In this document: in pieces, positions 17,452 to 28,745 of the stretch
Layout of the letters: every line of letters starts with the position of its first letter
How positions within the stretch are numbered: the stretch's first letter is position 1
Origin: Candidatus Latescibacterota bacterium
GTDB lineage: Bacteria > Latescibacterota > UBA2968 > UBA8231
Assembly (NCBI GenBank): GCA_965248355.1
Contig: OZ252098.1
Span: 3,360,001 to 3,424,000 of the forward strand
DNA length: 64,000 nt
Direction of reading: 5' to 3'
Made by a program: the position numbers and the translations under genes
The notes under the pieces: model-generated
Database searches by the model: none
Told to the model about the DNA's origin: nothing
What the model saw: the letters and a program-made list of their open reading frames with translations, nothing else

Positions 17452-19556
17452 CCCCTCGTTCTCCTGACGATGAGATTGCTCGCGCCATCCACTTCGAGGG
17501 CCCAGCCGGGGGGGACCACCGTGGTCGACTCCGCTTCCTCCACGATCGCCGGACCGGGGGCGCGGAAGCCCGCCGACAGGACGTAGCGGTCGTACACGGG
17601 GGTCTCCCCGGAGTCGTTTCCCGGCCTCTCGAAGCGTACCCGCCGCGCGGGCTTCTCCACCGGGCGGAGTCCTTCGGGCGGGTCCTGGTGCAGCCGGCCC
17701 AGGGCCGGCCGGGGCCCCGACACCGTCGTGCGCCAGTGCATGCACTGCGCGTCGACGCCCTCGCAGGTGCGGCCGTAGAGCCGGATGTACTCCTGGTCGA
17801 AGCCGGCCTGCAGCCGGTCCATGGCGGCCTCGTCCAGCTCCCCGCCACAGACGGGCACGCGGATCTCGTGGCCCTGGCCCACGTAGCGCAGGTCCGCCGT
17901 CCGCTCCACCTGCACCTCCCCCGGGGAGACGCCGGCCTCGGCCACGATGCGGCGCCCCTCGCCTTCCATCTCCTCGAACAGGGCGCGCAGCCGGCCGATG
18001 TCCACCTCCTCGAGGCGGGTCACGTAGCTGCGCGCGAAGTCGAAGCTGATGGGGGCCAGCATCAGGCCGAGGGCGGATCCCACCCCCGCCGCGCCGGGCA
18101 CCACCACGGTGTCGATCCCGAGGCGTTCCGCCACGCCGCAGGCGTGCACCGGCCCGGCGCCGCCCGTGGCCACCATGGCGAAGCCCCGCAGGTCGATTCC
18201 CCGCTCGGCGCCATGGACACGGGCGGCGTTGGCCATGTTCTCGTTGACCAGCTGGTGGATCCCCCGCGCCGCGGCCACCGCATCCTGGCCCAGACGCCCA
18301 GCCAGGGAGAGGACCGCGGTCTCGGCGGCGCAGGCGTCCAGCTCCATGCGCCCTCCCAGGAAGAAACCCGGGTTCAGCAGGCCGAGCACGAGATCGGCGT
18401 CGGTCACCGTCGGCTCGCGTCCCCCCCGTCCGTAGCAGGCCGGCCCGGGTTCGGAGCCGGCGCTCTCGGGCCCCACCTGGGGCAGGCCCAACTCGTTGAT
18501 CCGCGCCAGACTGCCGCCCCCGGCGCCGATCTCGATCATGTCGAGGACGGGCACCAGCAGCGGCAGGCCGCTGCCCTTCTTGAAGCGGTAGACGCGGGCC
18601 ACCTCCGACTCGGTGGTCACCGGAAGCTCGCCGTCCCGGCTCAGACAGGCCTTGGCCGTGGTGCCCCCCATGTCGAAGGCCAGCACCCGCTCGAAGCCCG
18701 ACTGGCGGCCGGCGTGGATCGCCGCCAGGACGCCGCCGCTGGGACCCGACTCGACCAGGCGCACGGGGAATCTCGCCGCCGTGTCGGCGGCGCAGGTGCC
18801 CCCGTTGGAGAGCATGATGTGCAGCGGCGCCTCGATCCCGCAGTCGGCCCGCAGACCTCGCTCGAGGTTGGCCAGGTAGGCCGAGGCCATTGGCTGCACG
18901 TAGGCGTTGGCCACCGCGGTGGAGGTCCGCTCGTACTCGCGCAGCTCCGGGGCCACCTCGTGGGAGAGGGAGAGGGCGATTCCGGGAAGCTCCTCGCGCA
19001 CGATCGCCGCGGCCCGGCGCTCGTGGTCCGGGTTCGCGTAGGAGTGCAGAAAGGCCACCGCCACCGCCTCGACGCCCGCCTCCCGGAGGACGGCGCAGGC
19101 GCGACGCAGGGCCTCCTCGTCGAGGGGCGTCATCACCTGACCGCTGGACTTGAGGCGCTCGGCCACCTCCAACCGGAGCCGGCGCTCGGCGAGGGGCTCG
19201 GGAAGCTGCAGGAACAGATCGTAGATGTCGTACCGGCCCTCGCGGCCGATCTCGAGGACGTCCCGGAACCCCTCGGTGGTCAGCAGTCCGGTGAGCGCCC
19301 CCTTGCGCTCGATCAGGGCGTTGGTGATCAGCGTCGTGCCGTGGATGAGGCGGCCGATCTCCCCGGCCCCCGCACCCCCTTCCAGCAGTTGCCGGATGCC
19401 GCCCAGCACCCCCGCGGACGGGTCCGGATCGGTGGTCAGCACCTTGGCCACGGAGATGCGGCCCGTCCGCTCGTGGCACAGCACGAGGTCGGTGAAGGTC
19501 CCGCCGATGTCGACGGAGAGGATGGTCCGGTCCGCCTGCTCAGGCGCCCCGTCCAC
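17448..19556 (-). CDS. Hydantoinase A / oxoprolinase family protein
   Basis: VDIGGTFTD, HGTTLITNAL, ESGPSGG, FDMGGTTAK, EIGAGGGS, GGAGPVHA; GTG start with GGGAGG RBS. Confidence 0.93.
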   Translation of the reverse strand: MDGAPEQADRTILSVDIGGTFTDLVLCHERTGRISVAKVLTTDPDPSAGVLGGIRQLLEGGAGAGEIGRLIHGTTLITNALIERKGALTGLLTTEGFRDVLEIGREGRYDIYDLFLQLPEPLAERRLRLEVAERLKSSGQVMTPLDEEALRRACAVLREAGVEAVAVAFLHSYANPDHERRAAAIVREELPGIALSLSHEVAPELREYERTSTAVANAYVQPMASAYLANLERGLRADCGIEAPLHIMLSNGGTCAADTAARFPVRLVESGPSGGVLAAIHAGRQSGFERVLAFDMGGTTAKACLSRDGELPVTTESEVARVYRFKKGSGLPLLVPVLDMIEIGAGGGSLARINELGLPQVGPESAGSEPGPACYGRGGREPTVTDADLVLGLLNPGFFLGGRMELDACAAETAVLSLAGRLGQDAVAAARGIHQLVNENMANAARVHGAERGIDLRGFAMVATGGAGPVHACGVAERLGIDTVVVPGAAGVGSALGLMLAPISFDFARSYVTRLEEVDIGRLRALFEEMEGEGRRIVAEAGVSPGEVQVERTADLRYVGQGHEIRVPVCGGELDEAAMDRLQAGFDQEYIRLYGRTCEGVDAQCMHWRTTVSGPRPALGRLHQDPPEGLRPVEKPARRVRFERPGNDSGETPVYDRYVLSAGFRAPGPAIVEEAESTTVVPPGWALEVDGASNLIVRRTRG

Positions 19557-19759
19557 GCCGCCTCCCGTGGACCGCCGCTGCGGAGCGATCTCCAAGTCGT
19601 CCTCCCATGGGTTGGTGTGCCCGGGAAGATAGTGGCGCCCCGCCCGCACCACACGGGCTCGTATCGACCGGGTTCGAGCGGGCCTTTACTATAGGAGCCG
19701 CCGCCCGTGACACGCCCCGGCCGCGCCTGATCGCGGCACCCGCCACCCGACTGCGATCC

Positions 19760-21181
19760 ATGGCTTTCCAAGAGCTGAGCATCCTCATCCCCGCGTACAA
19801 CGAGCGCTTCTCGATCCGGGAGATCGTCTCCCAGGTGCTGGCCCAGGAGCTTCCGGGAGGCCTGCAGAGAGAGCTCGTCATCGTCGACGATGGCTCGACG
19901 GACGGCACCCGCGACATCCTTCAGCAGCTCCGGCAAGCTCACCCGGAACTCATCCGGATCCACTTCCACGAGACCAACCAGGGGAAGGGGGCGGCCATCC
20001 GGACCGCCATTGAGTTGGCCACGGGTGACCTGTGCATCATCCAGGACGCCGACCTGGAATACGACCCGGCCGACTATCCCCGGCTCCTTCGGCCGATCCT
20101 GTCCGGAGACGCGGACGTCGTCTACGGCTCCCGGTTCGCCGGCAGCGACTACCGGAGGGTCCTGTTCTTCTGGCACTCCATCGGCAACCAGTTCCTAACC
20201 CTCGTATCGAATGCCTTCACCAACCTCAATCTGACGGACATGGAGACCTGCTACAAGGTCGTCAAGACGAGCCTGCTCAAGTCCATCCCCATCCGCAGCG
20301 ACCGCTTCGGCATCGAGCCCGAGCTCACGGCCAAGCTCGCCAAGCGAGGCTGCCGGATCTACGAGGTCCCCATCTCCTACCGGGGCCGGAGCTACCAGGA
20401 AGGGAAGAAGATCACCTGGCGGGACGGGGTGAAGGCCTTGGCCACCATGGTCCACTACTGGATCGTCGACGATCTCTACGAGGAGCGCTACGGCCACGCC
20501 GTTCTCCATTCCCTCTCCCGCACGCACCGGTTCAACCGCTGGACGGCGGACGTCATCAGGGCCCACGTGGGGGATCGCGTCCTCGAGATCGGGGGGGGCC
20601 TGGGCAATGTCACCCTCCAGCTCATCCCCAAGGACCGCTACGCCGTGACCGACTCGGATGAGCTGCACCTGGAATACCTGGAGAACCGGTTCCGGGGCTA
20701 TCCCTATGTCGACGTACGGCGCGTGGACCTGGAGGAGGAGAGGGACTTCGATCCGCTGAAGGGACGCTTCGATACGGTCGTCTGCCTGAACGTCCTGGAG
20801 CACGTGGAGCGGGCCGACCGGGGTCTGGCCAACATCTTCCACGCCCTCGAGCCGGGGGGAGCCGCCATCCTGCTCGTGCCCCGGGGCCGGTTCCTCATGG
20901 GCTCCCTCGACCGGGCGCTGGGCCACCACCGGCGCTACTCGAAGAAGCTGCTGCGGGAGAGCTGCGAAGAGGCGGGGTTCCAGGTGGAGAGGTTGTTCGA
21001 CTTCAACCGGATCAGCTGCCTGCCGTGGCTCGTCAGCGGCAGGATCCTGAGGAGAAGGCGCTTCGGCCTGATTCAGCTCAAGATCTTCGATTCCCTGGTA
21101 TGGCTGTGGCGGATCCTCGACCGGGCCCTGCCCCTCCCGGGCCTGTCCATCGTCGCCGTGGCCAGGCGGCCGAAGTGCTAG
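19760..21181 (+). CDS. Bifunctional GT2 glycosyltransferase / class I SAM methyltransferase
   Basis: LIPAYNE, VDDGSTDGT, NQGKGAA, QDADLEY, DMETCYK; C-terminal VLEIGGGLG and CLNVLEHV. Confidence 0.9.
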   Translation: MAFQELSILIPAYNERFSIREIVSQVLAQELPGGLQRELVIVDDGSTDGTRDILQQLRQAHPELIRIHFHETNQGKGAAIRTAIELATGDLCIIQDADLEYDPADYPRLLRPILSGDADVVYGSRFAGSDYRRVLFFWHSIGNQFLTLVSNAFTNLNLTDMETCYKVVKTSLLKSIPIRSDRFGIEPELTAKLAKRGCRIYEVPISYRGRSYQEGKKITWRDGVKALATMVHYWIVDDLYEERYGHAVLHSLSRTHRFNRWTADVIRAHVGDRVLEIGGGLGNVTLQLIPKDRYAVTDSDELHLEYLENRFRGYPYVDVRRVDLEEERDFDPLKGRFDTVVCLNVLEHVERADRGLANIFHALEPGGAAILLVPRGRFLMGSLDRALGHHRRYSKKLLRESCEEAGFQVERLFDFNRISCLPWLVSGRILRRRRFGLIQLKIFDSLVWLWRILDRALPLPGLSIVAVARRPKC

Positions 21182-21190
21182 CGCCGCCGA

Positions 21191-22105
21191 TCATGCATGG
21201 CCGGCAAAGACCCCCATGCCCATGAGCGTCTTCACGGTGATGGCAAGGCCCACGAGGATGATGATGGCCGCACTCGCCACGGGCAGGCGCTGAATCCACT
21301 TGCCGTCGCCCGAAAAGCGCTCCATGAGGGGACGCGCTTTGACGATGAGCACGCCCACGGCGATGAGCACCGCCGCCAGCCCGAAGCTGAAGGCCACCAG
21401 GAGCACCAGTCCGAAGGCGATGCGATGCAGGGCCACGGCCCCCAGCAGGATCACCAGGGCCGCCGGACACGGCACGATGCCGCCGGAGATTCCCAGGGCC
21501 AGCAGGCTTCCCAGGGTCACCTTGGAGGGGATCTCGTGGCTGTGGCCATGGTCATGGTCATGATCGCCGTGATGATGATCCCCGTGGTCATGATCCTCGT
21601 GGTGATGGTGATGACCCTGGCCGGGGCCCGTGCCTCTGAGTTGATTGACCAGGAGCCACCCGCCCAGGCCCATGATCAGGAGTCCGGAGGCGGTGCCGAG
21701 CCAGGGGAAGATCTGCTCGGGAAGGATGTACTGGGAGGCGAAGAGGGCCACCAGGCCCAGGAGAATGATGCTGAAGGTATGGGTTATGGTGACCACGCCC
21801 CCGAGGAACATGGCGTTGCCCACGGTGCCGCGGGTTCCCACGAGGTAGGCGGCGACGATGGTCTTGCCGTGGCCGGGCTCCAGGCCGTGGGCGGCGCCGA
21901 GAAAGAGGGCGAGGGCCAGGGCTCCGACGACGAGGCCGGCGCTCAGCTCCTCGGAGCGCAGCATCCTGCTGAGGGCATCCGTGCTGTCGTCGTCGATGCC
22001 CGCGGCGCCGTGGTCCGCGGGGGACCCGGCCTCGACAGTGGTCATGGGGGCAGCAACCAGCAGTGCCGTCAGGAGGATCCGTCGTACGCCCTTGGTCTGG
22101 TTCAT
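21191..22105 (-). CDS. Ni/Co transporter, RcnA/NiCoT-like, with His-rich loop
   Basis: [52 protein letters not shown]. Confidence 0.85.
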   Translation of the reverse strand: MNQTKGVRRILLTALLVAAPMTTVEAGSPADHGAAGIDDDSTDALSRMLRSEELSAGLVVGALALALFLGAAHGLEPGHGKTIVAAYLVGTRGTVGNAMFLGGVVTITHTFSIILLGLVALFASQYILPEQIFPWLGTASGLLIMGLGGWLLVNQLRGTGPGQGHHHHHEDHDHGDHHHGDHDHDHGHSHEIPSKVTLGSLLALGISGGIVPCPAALVILLGAVALHRIAFGLVLLVAFSFGLAAVLIAVGVLIVKARPLMERFSGDGKWIQRLPVASAAIIILVGLAITVKTLMGMGVFAGHA

Positions 22106-22186
22106 GCTCGTCTCCACGGAGATCGCGTCCACAGGTGAGGCGGAGCCACCGCCCTCGGCCCCTATCCACACGGAAGGAAGGGTAAA

Positions 22187-22936
22187 GTGACCGCTGCAAC
22201 CAACCACGTCGACATCGATGCGGTGATCTCCGAGATCGACGACCGTGGCTATCACATCCTCCCGGATGTCATCTCCGCCGAGAAAGCCGATGAGGCCCGC
22301 GCCATTCTCGAAGGGCTCCTGGAGGCGGAGATCGACGACGGCGCCCGGGAGAGAAACCATCAGCGCGTCGGCGGCATCGCGTACAAGGACCCGGTCTTTC
22401 TCGAGCTGATGTGCCATCCGCTCATCCTGTCGCTCTGGAAACGGTACCTCGGGGACGACATCATGTGCGCCTCGTGGACGGCCAATACCATCTACCCGGG
22501 CCACGACGCCGTCGGCTGGCACGTGGACTACCCCTACTGGTCCGTGAAACCCCCCTGGCCCGAGGGCAACTTCGCCGGCCAGACCATGTGGCTCCTCGAC
22601 GACTTCACCGAGGAGAACGGGGGCACCGGGGTCGTCCCCTTCTCGCACCGGAAGGGACACCCGCCCGATGCTCCCACCGACCGCTGGCGCCCTGACGGCG
22701 AGGTCCTCACCGGCTGCCGCGGCTCGGTCGTGGTCGGCCACGGGGCCTGGTGGCACACGTCTAGGCCGAACCGGAGCGACAGGCCGCGGTCCTGCCTTCT
22801 GGGCATGTACCTGATGCCGTGGTTCATCCCCCAGGAGGACATGCGCAGTCAGCTCGCCAGGATCGACAACCCTGCCGACCTGGTGACGCAGCTGCTGTGC
22901 GGCCGCCAGCACACGCCCAGGGTGATCGGGGAGTGA
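22187..22936 (+). CDS. Phytanoyl-CoA dioxygenase (PhyH) family Fe(II)/2OG oxygenase
   Basis: WHVDYPYW (HxD), [24 protein letters not shown]. Confidence 0.9.
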   Translation: MTAATNHVDIDAVISEIDDRGYHILPDVISAEKADEARAILEGLLEAEIDDGARERNHQRVGGIAYKDPVFLELMCHPLILSLWKRYLGDDIMCASWTANTIYPGHDAVGWHVDYPYWSVKPPWPEGNFAGQTMWLLDDFTEENGGTGVVPFSHRKGHPPDAPTDRWRPDGEVLTGCRGSVVVGHGAWWHTSRPNRSDRPRSCLLGMYLMPWFIPQEDMRSQLARIDNPADLVTQLLCGRQHTPRVIGE

Positions 22937-22965
22937 TCCATGGATCCACTGCCAAGGAGCGATTC

Positions 22966-24081
22966 GTGAAGAAGGCGATAGCAGCAGCGGTGCTGGCCTG
23001 TCTACCGGGCTGGATTGACCACGCCCCCGCCGCCGAGCTCACTCCCTACGGGTTTGTCCGCTTCGACGCCGTGTTGGACGACTCGAAGCTGAACCACCAC
23101 CAGTACCCCAACTGGGTGAAGTCGGAGCCACCGGGCGCCGGGAACAACGGCAATCTGACCATGTACCCCCGCCTGACCCGGCTCGGGGCCAGGCTCACCC
23201 CGGTCGAATTGGGAGAGGACAGCGAGATCGGCGGAGTCATCGAGACCGATTTCCAGAACGGCGGCAGCGAATCCCGACAGATTCTGCGCCTGCGGAAGGC
23301 GTACTTCAACCTCAGGAAAGGGGATTGGCACTTCCTGGCCGGTCAGACCTGGGACCTGATCTCTCCCCTGTTCCCGGCGGCCAACAACGACGGCATGATG
23401 TGGAATACCGGCAATCTCGGCGACCGTCATCCCCAGGCGCGGCTCACCTACAAGCCGGGCACCGGCTTTTCCGCGGCCGTCGCCGTCGGCCAGACAGGGG
23501 CGGTGGACAAGAAGGATCTGGACGGAAACGGGGTTCTCGACGGCTCGGAGGCCATGATGCCCTTCGTGCAGACGCGGGTCGGGATTGAGCAGAGAAGGCT
23601 CGAGGCCGGCGCCTGGGCCCATTGGGCGACGGAGGAGACAGCCACCCCGGTGGCCGGCCAATCCAGCTTCACCTCGACGGTGGTGGGCCTGGACTTCTCG
23701 GTATCCCCGGCCGACATGCTGACCATCGAAGGAGAGGGCTGGACCGGCAGCAATCTCTCCGATATCCGCGGCGGCATCGGTCAGGGCATCAACCAGGAGA
23801 CGGGTGAGGAGATCGCCTCCTCCGGGGGCTGGGTCCATGTCATGGTCAAGCCGGCCGAGGGTTGGAAGCTGTACGCCGGAGCGATGATGGACACCCCCGG
23901 TGAGGAGGCGGTGCCCGAAGGCGGGCGCACCAGGAATCAGGCGGTCTACCTCGTGAATCGCTACCGGCCCTGGAAGAGCTTCCAGGCGGCGGTCGAGTAT
24001 GTGAACTGGACGACCGAGTACAAGGACCTGGACGACGGCACGGCCAACCGGGTGGGTCTCCACTTCACCTACGATTTCTGA
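22966..24081 (+). CDS. Outer-membrane porin, DcaP-like
   Basis: GTG with AAGGAG RBS; signal peptide; YGFVRFD, TRLG, IETDF, LRLRKAY, LAGQTW; C-terminal YDF. Confidence 0.8.
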   Translation: MKKAIAAAVLACLPGWIDHAPAAELTPYGFVRFDAVLDDSKLNHHQYPNWVKSEPPGAGNNGNLTMYPRLTRLGARLTPVELGEDSEIGGVIETDFQNGGSESRQILRLRKAYFNLRKGDWHFLAGQTWDLISPLFPAANNDGMMWNTGNLGDRHPQARLTYKPGTGFSAAVAVGQTGAVDKKDLDGNGVLDGSEAMMPFVQTRVGIEQRRLEAGAWAHWATEETATPVAGQSSFTSTVVGLDFSVSPADMLTIEGEGWTGSNLSDIRGGIGQGINQETGEEIASSGGWVHVMVKPAEGWKLYAGAMMDTPGEEAVPEGGRTRNQAVYLVNRYRPWKSFQAAVEYVNWTTEYKDLDDGTANRVGLHFTYDF

Positions 24082-25426
24082 ATGAGCCAGCCCGAGGATT
24101 CCGGCGAAGTGTGGGTCCTGACGCGCAGGTCGCTGATCCGCCGCGGCCTGGCCGGGCTGCTGGCGGCGCCCTGGATGAGGTGGGGCGCCGGATCCGGGGC
24201 CCCCGGACTGGGCGTGCTGTTCTCGGCGGACCGGTCCGGCGGTGCCGAGCCGTACCACGTGTCAGAGGACGAGATCGTCCTCGGCATGTCGGCCGCCTTT
24301 TCCGGCCCCTCCCGGGGCCTGGGCAGCGAGCTCTACCGCGGAGCCAGGGCCTGCTTCAGCCACGTCAACGAGAATGGAGGCGTGGGCGGGCGCAAGATCG
24401 TCCTCAAGCTCTACGACGACGGATACCAGCCGGATCCGTGTGTTCGAAACACCATGCAGCTCATGCTGGAAGACCGCGTGTTCCTGCTCTTCGGCTACGT
24501 GGGGACGCCTACCGTGACCCGGGTGCTGCCCCTGCTCAAGAAGTTCCAGGACGAGCGGGTCTACCTGTTCTTCCCCTTCACCGGCGCCCAGCCCCAGAGG
24601 GAGCCCCCCTACGGCGACTTCGCCTTCAACCTGCGGGCCTCCTACCGCCAGGAGACGGCCGGCCTCGTGGACAACTTCGTTCAGGCCGGCCGGAGACGCA
24701 TCGCCGTGCTCTACCAGGCCGACGCCTACGGCCGCAGCGGCTGGGCGGGCGTCCGGGCAGCCCTGAGAAAGCACGACGAGCAGATCGTCGCCGAGGCGAC
24801 CTACCGCCGCGGCCAGCGGTTCACGGCCAGCATGAGGCGGCAGGTGGAGATCCTGGCGGCCTCCTCGCCGGACGCCGTGATCTGCATCGGGTCCTATGCC
24901 GCATGCGCCGGCTTTGCCCGCGACGCCGTCGACCTGGGCCTTCGGGTCCCGATCGCCAATCTCTCCTTTCGTGGGCAGCGAGAATCTGCTCAAGCTGCTC
25001 ACCGAGAGCCGGGACGACGCCGAGGCCTATACCCGTCTGCTGGTCAACTCCCAGGTCGTGCCCAGCTACGAGGACACCTCCATTCCCGCCGTGCGGGAAT
25101 ACCGCGAGTTGATGGCCCACTACGATCCCGAGGTCCCCCAGGAGCTCGTCAAGGAGCCCTACAGCCCCTTCCCGCACAGCTTCGTGAGCCTGGAGGGATA
25201 CCTCGACGCCAAGCTGATGACCGAGATCCTGCGGCGACTGGAGGGAACGCCCGACCGGGCGGGGCTCGAGGAGGCCGTGTTCTCGGTGCGGGACTTCGAC
25301 CTCGGGATCGGAGAAAAGGTCTCCTTCGGTCCCACTCGCCGACAGGGACTGCAGAGGGTCTACTACACCGTCGTCGAGGGCGACCGCTTCGTGACCCTGG
25401 AAGACTGGCAAGGGTGGCTATCCTGA
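24082..25426 (+). CDS. Periplasmic ligand-binding protein (LivJ-like, type 1) with Tat-like signal; frameshift at about 24968
   Basis: TRRSLI; GMSAAFSGP, DDGYQP, GYVGTPT, NLRASYRQE; removing one T from TTT at 24967-24969 continues NLSFVGSENLL...SLEGYLDA. Confidence 0.85.
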
Positions 25427-25427
25427 C

Positions 25428-26168
25428 ATGAAAGTCCAGAGGCTCTTTCAGAAGACCCGCTTCGGCATCTTCGCCCTCTTCGGGCTGATCGTCCTGTCCA
25501 CCTCCGTTCTGTGCATCTACACCGTCGACACCCAGCTGTCGGCGGAGTACGAGACCAACTGCAGGAACATCGCCAAGAGCATCGCCGACTCCAGCGTCGA
25601 CATCCTCCTGAACAGGAACCTGGCGACGCTGCAGTCGCTCATCGACCAGTTCGTCGAGATCCAGGGAATCCGCTACATCTACATCACCAGCGAATCCGGC
25701 GAGTACCTGGCCCATACCTTCGTGCCCGGCATTCCCGAGCAGATCCTCGCCAGCGATCCGTCCAGCACCGAGCCCGTCCAACGAAGCATCCCGGGAATGG
25801 GCGATTTCATGGAAGTGGGCAGCCCCATCCTGGCCGGCGTCGCCGGCACCGTGCACATGGGCATGGACCTGGACATCGTGGCCCTCAAGATCCAGCGGGC
25901 CATCGGCCAGCAGGTGATCCTCATCAGCATCTTCCTCGTCGTCGGAGTCCTGGCCTCGATCTGGTTCGTCAACCTCGCCGCAAAGCCCCTGGGCGCACTG
26001 CTCGCCTACGCCGTGGAGCTGGCCGGCGGCCCGGGGGAGGAAGAGATCTCGAAAGAGGAGCTCCTGGCCCGCGATGACGAAGTGGGAGACCTGGCCCGTC
26101 TCTTCCGCCACGTTTCCGGTTCCTCGGGACCGGAAGAGCCGGGCCCGGCGCCGGAGAGCCCTCGCTAG
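25428..26168 (+). CDS. Membrane-anchored sensor-like protein (2 TM, periplasmic domain, HAMP) without an output domain
   Basis: Two TM segments; KPLGALLAYAVELA...RDDEVGDLARLF; stop follows shortly after HAMP. Confidence 0.8.
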   Translation: MKVQRLFQKTRFGIFALFGLIVLSTSVLCIYTVDTQLSAEYETNCRNIAKSIADSSVDILLNRNLATLQSLIDQFVEIQGIRYIYITSESGEYLAHTFVPGIPEQILASDPSSTEPVQRSIPGMGDFMEVGSPILAGVAGTVHMGMDLDIVALKIQRAIGQQVILISIFLVVGVLASIWFVNLAAKPLGALLAYAVELAGGPGEEEISKEELLARDDEVGDLARLFRHVSGSSGPEEPGPAPESPR

Positions 26169-26183
26169 AGGCGAGGTTCAGCG

Positions 26184-27488
26184 GTGCGCATTCCGCGAAG
26201 CGCCATCGCCTTCTTCTGCACGGTTCTGCAGATCTGCTTCGGCACCGTGTACGCCTGGAGCTTCTTCCAGACGATGCTGGTACGTCAGGGCGGCTGGACC
26301 CATACACAGACAGCCTGGGCCTTCAGCATCGCCATCTTTTCTCTGGGGGTGTCGGCGGCCTGGGCGGGCAACATGCTGCCGCGCCTGGGGCCGAAACGGC
26401 TTGCGCTGGCCGGCAGCCTGATGTTCTCGGGCGGGTACCTCATTGCGGGCGCCGCCCTTCACCTGGACTCCGTAGCGCTCTTCTACCTGGGTTACGGAGT
26501 GGTGGGCGGAGCGGGCATCGGATTGGGATACGTGACGCCGGTGGCCACGGTGGCCAAGTGGTTCCCTGACCGCAAGGGACTGGCCACCGGCATCGTGGTC
26601 ATGGGGTTCGGCGTGGGGGCCTTTCTCCTCAGCAAGGGTCTGGCGCCGTTCCTCATCGTCCGCACGGCCGGAGCCCTGCCCCTGGTCTTCATCTGGCTTG
26701 GGATCCTCTTCGCCTGCATCCTGGTTCCCTGCAGCCTCGCCTTGAGCGATCCCCCCCGGTCCGCATCGTCCGCAGGTGCCCGTTCGGAGGAGGCCATGGG
26801 ATTCGGAGAGCCGGACTCCGCCGGACCCTGCCTTCGCACCACCCAGTTCACCATCATGTGGATCGTCTTCTTCTTCAACATCTCCGCCGGGATCTCCGTG
26901 ATCAGCTTTCAGTCGGAGCTCCTTCAGGAGATCTGGGGCCTGGCCGACGCCACCATCGAGCCCACCACCCTCGCCGAGTACGGCGCAACCCTCATCGCCG
27001 CAAGCTCCATCTGCAACGGCCTGGGGCGTCTCTTCTGGGGATTGCTCTCCGACCGCTTCGGCCGGGTCACCATCTTTCGGGTTCTGCTGGCCAGCCAGAT
27101 GGTCGTCTTCGGGATTCTCATGACCGAGACCAACCCCTTGCTGTTCTCCGTGCTGGTCTGCTATGTCCTGCTCTGCTTCGGGGGAGGCTTCGCCACCATG
27201 CCTCCCTTTGTCCTCGATGTCTTCGGCACGCGAAAGATGTCCACCATCTACGGCGCCGTCCTCACGGCGTGGGCCGCCGCCGGGATCGCCGGTCCGTTGT
27301 ATGTGGGATACCTGAAAGACGTGTACCCCGACCGCGCCGTCATGTACTGCTTCATCATCGGGATCCTCATGCTCGCAGCCGGGTACCTGTTCTCCTACCT
27401 GCTGAACGACGGCCGGATCCGTCTGGGACGGCCGACGACGGAGAGCACTCTGCACCGGTACGGGATTCCGGCGGCGGGCCAAGGATGA
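26184..27488 (+). CDS. MFS transporter, oxalate/formate antiporter (OFA) family
   Basis: GTVYAWS, GLGYVTPVATVAKWFPDRKGLATG, NGLGRLFWGLLSDRFGR, FGGGFATMP. Confidence 0.9.
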   Translation: MRIPRSAIAFFCTVLQICFGTVYAWSFFQTMLVRQGGWTHTQTAWAFSIAIFSLGVSAAWAGNMLPRLGPKRLALAGSLMFSGGYLIAGAALHLDSVALFYLGYGVVGGAGIGLGYVTPVATVAKWFPDRKGLATGIVVMGFGVGAFLLSKGLAPFLIVRTAGALPLVFIWLGILFACILVPCSLALSDPPRSASSAGARSEEAMGFGEPDSAGPCLRTTQFTIMWIVFFFNISAGISVISFQSELLQEIWGLADATIEPTTLAEYGATLIAASSICNGLGRLFWGLLSDRFGRVTIFRVLLASQMVVFGILMTETNPLLFSVLVCYVLLCFGGGFATMPPFVLDVFGTRKMSTIYGAVLTAWAAAGIAGPLYVGYLKDVYPDRAVMYCFIIGILMLAAGYLFSYLLNDGRIRLGRPTTESTLHRYGIPAAGQG

Positions 27489-27551
27489 TGCCGTCGGAAC
27501 GGGGCCGACCCCACCCCCCCCCTTGGCCCCATTGCGGCGGTCTGGAACTCC

Positions 27552-27580
27552 TTGACAGGCCCAGGGTCAGTCCATATAAG
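27552..27580 (+). promoter_or_regulatory. Candidate sigma70 promoter of the squalene synthase-ispH operon
   Basis: TTGACA (27552-27557), 17-nt spacer, TATAAG (27575-27580), 27 nt before the ATG. Confidence 0.6.
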
Positions 27581-27607
27581 AAGCGCCCCTCTCTCAGGTA
27601 GCTGAAG

Positions 27608-28732
27608 ATGGCCGCGTCCTCTTCGAACGGTTTGCGAAGCACCGACCTCGCCTACCAGGAGAAGATCCTTCAGGGCGTATCCCGAACCTTCGCCCTCACC
27701 ATTCCCCAGCTTCCCGATCCGTTGCGCGAAGTGGTGGGCAATGCCTACCTCCTGTGCCGCATCACGGATACCATCGAAGACGAGCCGGCCCTGTCCCCCC
27801 TCCAGAAGCAGGCCTTCTCGGAGCGCTTCGTCGAGATCGTCGCCGGCCGCCAGGACCCGGAGTCCTTCGCGCGCGGCCTCGGCGCCTTGCTGTCGGCCTC
27901 GACCACCGAGAGCGAGCATGACCTGATCGCCAACACCGCCCGGGTCATCCGCGTCACCCGCGGCTTTCGCCCCGCCCAGCAAGGCGCCCTCGAACGCTGT
28001 GTGAGGATCATGTCCCAGGGAATGGCGGAGTTCCAGCAGAACGCGACGCCCGACGGACTCGATGATCTTCCACACCTCGACCGCTACTGCTACCACGTGG
28101 CCGGGGTGGTGGGCGAGATGCTCACCGAGCTGTTCTGCGACTACTCCCCCGAGATTGACGAACGGCGCGAAGATCTGCTCGCCCTTTCCCTCTCCTTCGG
28201 CCAGGGGCTGCAGATGACGAACATCCTCAAGGATGTGTGGGACGACCGCCGCCGCGGCGCCTGCTGGCTGCCGCGGGATGTCTTCCTCGAGGCCGGAGCC
28301 GAGATACGCTCCCTGGCCGCGGGGAGAGACGACCCCGCCTTCATCAACGGGCTCTTCGAGCTCGTGGCCATCGCCCATTGGCACCTCGAGAACGCCCTGC
28401 GCTACATCCTGATCATCCCCACCCGTGAGACCGGCATCCGCCGCCACTGCCTCTGGGCCCTGGGGATGGCCGTGCTTACCTTGCGCCGCATTCAGGCCAC
28501 CCCGTCCTTCAGGGACGGGCAGGAGGTGAAGATCTCCCGTCGCAGCGTGCGCGCGGTCACCCTCGTCACCAGCACCCTCGTGCGCTCGAACCTCGCCCTG
28601 AAGCTCCTTTTCAAGGCGCTCACTCGCGATCTGCCCCGAGCCGCCATGGAAACGCCCTTCGAGCCACCCTCCTCACCTGACCTGAACGGACGCGACAGCC
28701 AGCCTTTGAAGAGTGTCCCGGGCGCCTCCTGA
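27608..28732 (+). CDS. Squalene/phytoene synthase family (farnesyl-diphosphate farnesyltransferase-like)
   Basis: [46 protein letters not shown]. Confidence 0.9.
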   Translation: MAASSSNGLRSTDLAYQEKILQGVSRTFALTIPQLPDPLREVVGNAYLLCRITDTIEDEPALSPLQKQAFSERFVEIVAGRQDPESFARGLGALLSASTTESEHDLIANTARVIRVTRGFRPAQQGALERCVRIMSQGMAEFQQNATPDGLDDLPHLDRYCYHVAGVVGEMLTELFCDYSPEIDERREDLLALSLSFGQGLQMTNILKDVWDDRRRGACWLPRDVFLEAGAEIRSLAAGRDDPAFINGLFELVAIAHWHLENALRYILIIPTRETGIRRHCLWALGMAVLTLRRIQATPSFRDGQEVKISRRSVRAVTLVTSTLVRSNLALKLLFKALTRDLPRAAMETPFEPPSSPDLNGRDSQPLKSVPGAS

Positions 28733-28745
28733 AAGGGTACGAACC

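Noticed and set aside
15751..19479. 1242-aa ORF suggesting a fused oxoprolinase
   Set aside because: Only the part from ATG 17451 is hydantoinase B; the upstream part is an off-frame shadow of hydantoinase A, and the two genes are ATGA-coupled
21530..21615. Repetitive (GTG/ATG/GTC)n DNA
   Set aside because: Encodes the His/Asp-rich loop of the Ni/Co transporter; not a CRISPR or satellite
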